NCBI RefSeq assembly: GCF_018336915.1
Contig: NZ_CP064923.1
Location: 600,001 to 632,000 of the forward strand
From: Acaryochloris marina S15
GTDB taxonomy: Bacteria; Cyanobacteriota; Cyanobacteriia; Thermosynechococcales; Thermosynechococcaceae
Direction of reading: 5' to 3'
Length of the DNA: 32,000 nucleotides
Below, in pieces: positions 8,606-15,635 of the stretch. Position 1 is the stretch's first letter; each line of letters begins with the position of its first letter. The notes under the pieces were generated by a model, which was not told the origin of the DNA, ran no database searches, and was given only the letters and a program-made list of their open reading frames with translations. Position numbers and translations under genes: made by a program.

Positions 8606-9322
8606 TCAATCGTGGTTACTGGGTTTCATTGCTACTAAAACTCCCATTAAGCCCCCAGCAATCGGGTAGTGGGTTACCTCAGTCAAGCCAGCATCTTTCG
8701 CTAGCCTTTCCTGTTCAGGTCCTTGAGGAAAGCGTTCTAAACTCGGCGTGATATAGGCATATTCATCCGTGAGGCCATAGCGTTGAGCCACAGGCACCAC
8801 TACAGATTGCAAATACCAATTTTGAAATTGCTGTATCCAAGCCTGTTGGGGTTGATGAAAGTCTAGAATCGCCACACGGGCACCAGGCTTAAGAACTCGA
8901 TAAATTTCGCCCAAACATCGAGGAATATCGGTGACATTGCGAAGGCCATATCCCATAGTGATGCAGTCAAACTGGTCTGTGGAAAACGGTAAATCCAGAG
9001 CATCCCCTTCTACCCAGTCTAGGGATAAATGGGGATATTGAGTTTTGCTGCGCTGATCGGCAACCGCTAGTTGCTCCGAGGAAAAATCAACTCCGGTCAC
9101 TTTGCCAGGAGATACTTTTTGGGCTAACAGCCTGGCTAAGTCTCCACTGCCACAGCAAATATCTAATCCTTGATCGCCCGGTTTGGGGTTGGCCCATTTG
9201 ACGGCCATCATTTTCCAAATACGGTGTTGGCCCAAGCTCAACCATTGATTAAGGTCATCATAAACAGGGGCAATGCGGTTAAAGATGTCTTGAATATCAG
9301 AGGATAGAGGAGTTGGGCTCAT
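8606..9322 (-). CDS. menG: Demethylphylloquinone/menaquinone methyltransferase (UbiE/MenG family, SAM-dependent)
   Basis: IFNRIAPVYDDLNQWLSLGQHRIWK and LDICCGSGDL (SAM motif I) are UbiE/MenG signatures. ATG 9322 is preferred over TTG 9331. Confidence 0.85.
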   Translation of the reverse strand: MSPTPLSSDIQDIFNRIAPVYDDLNQWLSLGQHRIWKMMAVKWANPKPGDQGLDICCGSGDLARLLAQKVSPGKVTGVDFSSEQLAVADQRSKTQYPHLSLDWVEGDALDLPFSTDQFDCITMGYGLRNVTDIPRCLGEIYRVLKPGARVAILDFHQPQQAWIQQFQNWYLQSVVVPVAQRYGLTDEYAYITPSLERFPQGPEQERLAKDAGLTEVTHYPIAGGLMGVLVAMKPSNHD

Positions 9323-9359
9323 GGGGGGCAACAGTTGACCGATGGAGAACGCAAAAACG

Positions 9360-10202
9360 ATGACGATCTGGCAAGTAGACTTTGATCGCCGTCCTCTTAA
9401 GAATACTGAGGACTATCCCCTCTGGGAACTCACGGTTTATGATCCGCAAACCCAAATGGCGTGTCATCGGCTATGTCCTGAACCTAAGGTCAGCCCTGAT
9501 TGGTTGATTGGCCAACTCCAAGAGCTGTTTACATTAATGGGGCCACCACCCAGCCAATTTCAAGTGTTTCGGCCTCGTACCCTCACCTATATGCAGACCG
9601 TCGGTGAGCAGTTAAATATCTCGGTTGAGGCAACGCGACAAACCCTAGGGCTAAAGCAGGTTTTGCAAATGCGAGTCCCAGCCTATGCTCAAATGCCAGA
9701 ATATACAGGCCAATCCTATGACCCCTTAGCCATAGAACCCCTCCCGCCTCAGCCGATGCCAGAAGAATTATGGGGAGAGCAATGGCAATTTGTGACCTTG
9801 GCCGCCTCCGAGCTGGAATCCGTTTTACTACAACGTCCCATTCCAGTGCAGAGTCTTCCCCCCCAGCTATTGCCTAGTCAATTGGGCTTAGGGCCAGGGA
9901 CTAACATACCGGGTGTTTTGATCAATGGCGGCCGACGAGCGATGCAGCTTGCCCAATGGCTACAACAGCGCCAACCCGCTGCGATGCAAACCCTGCGAGC
10001 TGAGTTGAGTGGTCTGATTTTGTCCGCTGGTTTGAATGAACGCTATGTCTTAGTCACCTATGGTGACCCCGATATCGTTTCAGCAGCTCAGGGGTTTGAG
10101 CAGGGGAAGCAAGCGAGTCAAGGTCTACATTTTTTGCTGGTCCAGCCTGATGATTCGGGCGTAACCTATACAGGTCTTTGGTTATTGTCTGCCTTGGAGT
10201 AA
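9360..10202 (+). CDS. Tab2/ATAB2-like RNA-binding protein (DUF1092)
   Basis: The N-terminus MTIWQVDFDRRPLKN...LWELTVYD matches the characteristic Tab2-family start (IWELDFYSRP...WELL). The ~280 aa length fits. An alternative start is ATG 9342. Confidence 0.7.
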   Translation: MTIWQVDFDRRPLKNTEDYPLWELTVYDPQTQMACHRLCPEPKVSPDWLIGQLQELFTLMGPPPSQFQVFRPRTLTYMQTVGEQLNISVEATRQTLGLKQVLQMRVPAYAQMPEYTGQSYDPLAIEPLPPQPMPEELWGEQWQFVTLAASELESVLLQRPIPVQSLPPQLLPSQLGLGPGTNIPGVLINGGRRAMQLAQWLQQRQPAAMQTLRAELSGLILSAGLNERYVLVTYGDPDIVSAAQGFEQGKQASQGLHFLLVQPDDSGVTYTGLWLLSALE

Positions 10203-10256
10203 TCCCATCAGGTCCAGAATAGGATAGTGTACCTAGCTCTACTCACATCACAAGGA

Positions 10257-10859
10257 ATGCAGCCAGAATATTTTGAACAATATTGCGATCTCAAACAACG
10301 GGGTTTAAAGCAAGAAGCCCGTAAGCTGCTGCTAGCATTTATTTCTTCCTTTCAGGATTTGGCAGAAAAGACGGCCTGGACCAAAGCCTATTTGCACATT
10401 TGGGAAAAGGAAAATGCGCATAAAATTCGATATGAACTTTATGAAGCAGTGATTTTCCCCGCGTTGCTGCACGGATATCGGCAACAAGAACTTTGGGGTG
10501 TTAAAGGTTTGATCCAAACAGCTCAAAATTTCTATCAAGCCCCCCAGTTATGGTCGCAAATTGACCAAAAGACCGATTGGACTTTACTGGAAGAAGCACA
10601 AGCCCTGGCTCCAGACGATGAATCCCTGAGACAACAGCTCATTAGCAAAAATATTAGGTGGTTCGATTTTTGCCAGCATGAATGGCCTGCGGGAATTTTG
10701 TATGGTCAGGATGGCGCTTCTATCGCAGAATGTGAGGAAATTTTGAAAGCAGTTGAAAAGACTAAGGTGTTGGATTGCGAATTGATCCATCAAACCTTCT
10801 TAGATGAATTTGTGGATAAGGTCCACATGTATCAACGACAGCTGCTCACTAAAAGTTGA
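10257..10859 (+). CDS. Hypothetical, predicted all-helical protein
   Basis: 200-210 codon ORF with no motif I recognise. GTG 10227 or ATG 10257 could be the start. It converges on ankyrin gene 2 with a 29-nt gap. Confidence 0.45.
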   Translation: MQPEYFEQYCDLKQRGLKQEARKLLLAFISSFQDLAEKTAWTKAYLHIWEKENAHKIRYELYEAVIFPALLHGYRQQELWGVKGLIQTAQNFYQAPQLWSQIDQKTDWTLLEEAQALAPDDESLRQQLISKNIRWFDFCQHEWPAGILYGQDGASIAECEEILKAVEKTKVLDCELIHQTFLDEFVDKVHMYQRQLLTKS

Positions 10860-10888
10860 GGGTTTAATTGTGTTTCATCTGTCACCTG

Positions 10889-12217
10889 CTATGGGACATA
10901 ATCCACATAAGTTTTTCCTGCTGCATCTTGCAGGTTGGGATCAGCACCAGCAAATAGTAACAGTTGCATTAGTACTGAATCATCGGTCTGGGCAGCTAGC
11001 ATCAAGGGAGTTCTGCCTTGTAGATTCTGAGAGTTAACCTCTGAACCAAATTGCAATAATAACCTGATTACTTGTATGGCATTACGTCTTCGCTCCTCCC
11101 GTGATGGACGTACAAGAAATTGTGGTATATCAATAATTTGCCTGAAGTAAGTGTTAATCGCGATCATCAATGGTGTCATGCCCTTATGAGTTGCTTTAAC
11201 ATCAGCGCCTGCATGCAGTAACGCTTCGACGATCGCGGGATGGTGGGGAAAATTACCGCTAGATGCCATCAGCAGTGGCGTTTCTTGAAAACAGTATTCA
11301 TCCCGCAGTTCATAGTCAATGCCAGCATCCAGTAGAACATGGACAACGCCTATCAATTCTTGGTCAATTGCCGCATGGAGCAATGTATAACCCTTATCGG
11401 TATACAGATTCATATCAACTCCACTCGCAATCAGTTCTTGGAGGCGAGTAATATCGTTTTCTCCCACTGCCCTAGTACAAGCAGAAATGCATGGATCTTC
11501 ACGCCTGCTTTTTCTGATAATCCCAGTCTGTAGCGTGTCTCGTAGATCATCAATGGCAGAATGATCAAACAATTCAATATGGTGAGTGCAAAAATCAACT
11601 AGATAGTCAAAAATTTCTGCTTCACCACTCATCGCAGCATGCTGCAATGCCAATTCTATATTCAGTAACTCAGGATTGAGTGATTGATGAATAGCAGATT
11701 CAGTTAGGATCTTGACTCCTGCGAAATGGCCCTTATCAGCAGCAATTCCCAGAACATTATAAAAATCATCAATCTCAATGTTGATGTCTGCGCCAGAATT
11801 AATTAGAAATTCTGCGATATGAAGGCTATCGGACTGAATAGCGGTCCAAAGAGGAGAATTATAGCCTCTCAGATTAATATTTGCTCCTGCTTGCATCAGG
11901 AATTTGATGATGTCTAACCGTCCTATACGACACGCTTGGGTTAGCGGATACTCTTCTTGCAGATCATATTTCCAGTTAATAGACAGCTCTAAATGAATCA
12001 GCAATTGAATGATTTGAAGGCTTCCGGCTGATATTGCCTCCGTCAAAAAGCTAGGGCCGTATGTCGCGACATCTATCTTGTTCTTATGGAGCAAAGTATG
12101 GAAATGATGAGCCTGATCCTTGTGAATCGCTTGATATAGCTGCTCACCTATCTGACCATCCCGATTGAAATTAATGTTGAGAGCCAAGGTCTGCCACGAG
12201 ACTTCAGTCTTGCTCAT
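10889..12217 (-). CDS. Ankyrin-repeat protein 2 (~11 repeats, 442 aa)
   Basis: Many xxLLxAGAxxN repeat ends (LMQAGANIN, LINSGADIN, LIASGVDMN, LLDAGIDYE, LLHAGADVK, LLQFGSEVN, LLFAGADPN). The start overlaps the upstream stop (TGATG). Confidence 0.85.
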   Translation of the reverse strand: MSKTEVSWQTLALNINFNRDGQIGEQLYQAIHKDQAHHFHTLLHKNKIDVATYGPSFLTEAISAGSLQIIQLLIHLELSINWKYDLQEEYPLTQACRIGRLDIIKFLMQAGANINLRGYNSPLWTAIQSDSLHIAEFLINSGADINIEIDDFYNVLGIAADKGHFAGVKILTESAIHQSLNPELLNIELALQHAAMSGEAEIFDYLVDFCTHHIELFDHSAIDDLRDTLQTGIIRKSRREDPCISACTRAVGENDITRLQELIASGVDMNLYTDKGYTLLHAAIDQELIGVVHVLLDAGIDYELRDEYCFQETPLLMASSGNFPHHPAIVEALLHAGADVKATHKGMTPLMIAINTYFRQIIDIPQFLVRPSREERRRNAIQVIRLLLQFGSEVNSQNLQGRTPLMLAAQTDDSVLMQLLLFAGADPNLQDAAGKTYVDYVP

Positions 12218-13263
12218 CAGAATGGTATCTCGTCGAATTCAATATCAAATCTGCCCACAGCACCTGCACGTCTGAGCAGCTCAACGATTTCTGGACGCTT
12301 GCCTTGTCTTGCCGTTTCAAGCGCAGTGACTCCGCTCTCATGGCGAGCATTAACATCCAAGCCAGCATCCACTAGGATTTGGGCTGAATCAATACTGTTA
12401 AAACATGCGGCTTGAATCAAATCATTGATCTCTAGCTTTGCTCCGGCATGGATTAAAGCTTGAACGATGTCGGCATGGTTCTCAATGACAGCTAGATAGA
12501 GGGCAGAGACCTCTGAATCTGAGCAAACCTCTAGATTTGCCCCCGCTTGGATAAGAAGATTAACCACTTCCAACTGTCCTCGTGCGGCGGCGACATGTAA
12601 TGCATTTTCACCCCTTGCATTCAGCTTATTAATATCCGCTCCTTCCGCAAGCATACGGATAAGATCCGAAATATTTCCTTGGGCCGCCGCTGCAACCAAT
12701 GTTGGAGTCAGAGTGTCACGCAGTCGCTCTTGGTATAACAGACCGCTAGGCAGTAAAGATTGCGAGTATTGCCGTTGTTCTTCGCAATCTGTGAGGGCAT
12801 ATAGATAGTTAAAAATATTTTGATGTCCTGGATAGGCAGCCATCACCAGGGCTGAAATGCCATCATGGTTCACAATATTTGCATCTGCCCCGACTGAAAT
12901 CAGATACTTCACCCAGGCGAGCTCCCCCATAGCGGCTGCCGCCATCAGCGATGTCTTTCCAGACTCACTGAGAGCATTGACATTGATGCCAGCCTCGACT
13001 AATAAGCCAGCCATGTCAAATCGATCTGCCCACATCGCTTCAGTTAAGGGTTGCCCGAGACAAGCTACATTGGTCTTCGCTCCATGACCGAGCAATATTT
13101 GCAAGATCTCAATATTGCCCACCTTAATAGCGGACAAAATCGGAGCGCTTTCACAGCATGCAGTTTGATTGACATCGGCCCCAGTATCAATCAACGCCTG
13201 TACCCCTTCTAACCAATTACGATCAATAGCATTGATTAAAAGAGTTGTTTCTCTCAAGATCAA
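12217..13263 (-). CDS. Ankyrin-repeat protein 1 (~10 repeats). The annotated start is TTG, and an N-terminal repeat appears to lie in another frame upstream.
   Basis: Repeat ends LIDTGADVN, LLGHGAKTN, LVEAGINVN, LISVGADAN, LAEGADIN, LIQAGANLE, LIHAGAKLE, LVDAGLDVN. No other domain recognised. Confidence 0.8.
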   Translation of the reverse strand: MILRETTLLINAIDRNWLEGVQALIDTGADVNQTACCESAPILSAIKVGNIEILQILLGHGAKTNVACLGQPLTEAMWADRFDMAGLLVEAGINVNALSESGKTSLMAAAAMGELAWVKYLISVGADANIVNHDGISALVMAAYPGHQNIFNYLYALTDCEEQRQYSQSLLPSGLLYQERLRDTLTPTLVAAAAQGNISDLIRMLAEGADINKLNARGENALHVAAARGQLEVVNLLIQAGANLEVCSDSEVSALYLAVIENHADIVQALIHAGAKLEINDLIQAACFNSIDSAQILVDAGLDVNARHESGVTALETARQGKRPEIVELLRRAGAVGRFDIEFDEIPF

Positions 13264-13366
13264 GGTGATTGACCTCTATTCCGATAGTCAGTTGTTGCTG
13301 GAAACCCAATAGGTCATGTTGCTCAATGCACTGAAATAGAGTGTCCCACTGATTGATATCTATCAT
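13223..13366 (-). other. 47-codon ORF encoding an ankyrin-like capping repeat, out of frame with ankyrin gene 1 (frameshift fragment or upstream ORF)
   Basis: My own translation: MIDINQWDTLFQCIEQHDLLGFQQQLTIGIEVNHLD LERNNSFNQCY*. The first 36 aa fit the ankyrin helix-helix-GxxVN pattern. The frame differs by 1 nt from the 12217-13263 ORF. Confidence 0.5.
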
Positions 13367-13403
13367 TGCTGGTTATGGTGAACCGGATGCCGACTGATCT
13401 AAC

Positions 13404-15602
13404 CTAACCTCCACCACAGATTTCTGAAACTGTTTCCCAGGTGCCTTGAGGATCGAAAAACCGGGCTACATAGTTATGGTTCAATAACTCGTCTGTCAAA
13501 ACCCAGTCATACTTTTCGCTACGCTTATTCCGAACCACATCTGCTAGTCGTAGGGGGTTGGCAGGACCTAAATTCACCAAAGACTGTAAATACGGCATCA
13601 GCTCATCCGGTTCCACCCCTTTGACTTTAATTGCCAGTCCCTCTTGGCTAGCCTTGAGGCCACTATCTAAGAGCAGCATGTGCAATGTATTCATGATCAA
13701 ACTGCCTCGCCACGGGAACAGCAGCACTTGTTCATCCTCTCCGACAATAGATTCCTGATCGAGGCCACAGTCACTGAAACTTTGCCGAGCTTCTTTTAAT
13801 AGCTTTTTGGCAGTTGCATCTAAGTAAACCGGAACGTCTGTGGAGCGATAAATCTCTCGCATGGTTTGCCGCACTTGGTCATGGACAAACCCGCTACTGC
13901 CACCGAAGGCTGGGGCCTGTCCTTCTCCTTCCGATGGCGTCACCATCACCATCTGTTTCTCTTCATCCACGGACTGCACCTCCCAGCGCTGCCCTGCAAA
14001 TAGCAAGACCATTTCTTCCACAATGGGCATTGCGGTGGGTAGCGTGCCTAAAAAGCGATCTGGGGTGCTAATTCGGTACTCTTCGGTTGTGGAAAAAGCG
14101 GTGTAAAACGTGTAGTGATTGACCAACCGTTCACCTTTGAGACCCAACAGTAACAGGCCATCCTGGCTTTGCTGGATCAGATCGCGTTCCCCTAAACATC
14201 GCAAGAGCTTGATAAACAGGTCCTGCTCCATTTCTTGGAAAGGACCTTGTTCACAGAAGTCATGCCAAGCCTGATCGGCATGAATACCCCCCTGTTGAGC
14301 AATGCTAGATAGCATCTGTTGAATTAGGGTGGAGATATGCAAGCGTCCGGCGATCGGTGGTTCATACCAGCCCTTTAGCAGCAAATTGATAATGGCAATC
14401 CCTTGCACTAAATCGGGATATAGAGCCTGTTCTGGAGAGGTGTAGGCACTCAGTTGAGGGACCGATACATAGACCCGCATAATCGCCGGATCGCCTGCCC
14501 GTCGGCCTGAACGCCCTAATCGCTGGCGAGTGCTCGCCACAGAGCTAGGGGGACCAATCTGGGCAATGGACTGGACGGCTCCCACATCAATCCCCATTTC
14601 TAAGGTCATCGTACAAATGACGTTGACGGGATGATCTCGCTTGAGGGCTTCTTCTGCCTCGGCTCGCAGTTCCTTCGACAGGCTGCCATGATGGGGCATA
14701 AACTCATTGGGTACCCGGTATTCTGCGGAGAAATTGCGCAAAATATCGGCGTACCGCTCCACCTGGCGGCGGCTGTTGATAAAAATTAGATTCTTTTCTC
14801 CTCGCAAAGACTGGAAGAGGTGCTGAGCAATTTCTACTGCATCTGGGGGCGGCATGGTTTCGTCCTCTTCCTCCTCCGGGTCTGGGGGTGCCGACCGATA
14901 GCCTCGGAGCTGCAGCTTGAGTTCATCTCCCTTAGCAAAGGACTGGACAAGTTGGACCCGCTCTTGTTGTCCGGGACGCAGGAATTCTGCTGCTAAAGAC
15001 ATATCCCCCAGAGTGGCACTTAAGCCAATGCGGGGGACGGGACGACCGACCACCTGTTCAACTCGCTGCATCAGGGATTGGAGCTGTCGACCCCGCTCAA
15101 TGCTGATAAAGGAATGCATTTCGTCAATAACGATGTAAGACAGGGAAGCGAAGAGTCGACTCAGTTCCTGGCCCCGCAAGACAAATAGAGCTTCTAGGGA
15201 TTCGGGGGTAATGAGCAGCATGCCTGCGGGCTGCTTGAGCAAACGTTTTTTCGGACCGGAGCCGATATCCCCATGCCAGGGACAAACGGGGATATTAAGG
15301 CAATCGCCAATGGCGGATAGACGGCGATGCTGGTCATTGATCAAGGCTTTGAGTGGCCCCAGTCCAATCACCTGAATGCCTTGGGCAGGTTGATCGACCA
15401 GTTGTGAAAAAATTGGTAGAAAAGCGGCTTCTGTTTTGCCTTGGGCGGTGGCCGCAGTAATGATCACATCCTTATCCCCGGCCAGAATGGGGGGGATGGC
15501 TAGCTCCTGGATTTCTCGCAGGGCGGGCCATTTTTTGCTGGCAATCCACTGTTGCACGCGGGGGTGGAGGCGATAAAAGTTGGAGGTGGCAGGAACAGTC
15601 AC
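13404..15602 (-). CDS. Superfamily-2 DEAD/DEAH-box helicase, Lhr-core-like (732 aa)
   Basis: Motifs AATAQGKT (I), VIDEMH (II), GLSATLG (III), HHGSLSKELRAEAEEALK, TLEMGIDVG, QRLGRSGRR (VI), plus a ~300-aa C-terminal extension as in Lhr-type helicases. GTG start. Confidence 0.85.
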   Translation of the reverse strand: MTVPATSNFYRLHPRVQQWIASKKWPALREIQELAIPPILAGDKDVIITAATAQGKTEAAFLPIFSQLVDQPAQGIQVIGLGPLKALINDQHRRLSAIGDCLNIPVCPWHGDIGSGPKKRLLKQPAGMLLITPESLEALFVLRGQELSRLFASLSYIVIDEMHSFISIERGRQLQSLMQRVEQVVGRPVPRIGLSATLGDMSLAAEFLRPGQQERVQLVQSFAKGDELKLQLRGYRSAPPDPEEEEDETMPPPDAVEIAQHLFQSLRGEKNLIFINSRRQVERYADILRNFSAEYRVPNEFMPHHGSLSKELRAEAEEALKRDHPVNVICTMTLEMGIDVGAVQSIAQIGPPSSVASTRQRLGRSGRRAGDPAIMRVYVSVPQLSAYTSPEQALYPDLVQGIAIINLLLKGWYEPPIAGRLHISTLIQQMLSSIAQQGGIHADQAWHDFCEQGPFQEMEQDLFIKLLRCLGERDLIQQSQDGLLLLGLKGERLVNHYTFYTAFSTTEEYRISTPDRFLGTLPTAMPIVEEMVLLFAGQRWEVQSVDEEKQMVMVTPSEGEGQAPAFGGSSGFVHDQVRQTMREIYRSTDVPVYLDATAKKLLKEARQSFSDCGLDQESIVGEDEQVLLFPWRGSLIMNTLHMLLLDSGLKASQEGLAIKVKGVEPDELMPYLQSLVNLGPANPLRLADVVRNKRSEKYDWVLTDELLNHNYVARFFDPQGTWETVSEICGGG

Positions 15603-15635
15603 GTTGCAGACTCGGCAATGAACATTGCTAAGAGC

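Noticed and set aside
13558-15138. Several 66-85 aa plus-strand ORFs inside the helicase gene
   Set aside because: They are antisense to a gene with a strong motif-supported frame, and their Pro/Ser/Arg-rich composition is typical of GC-rich shadow frames.
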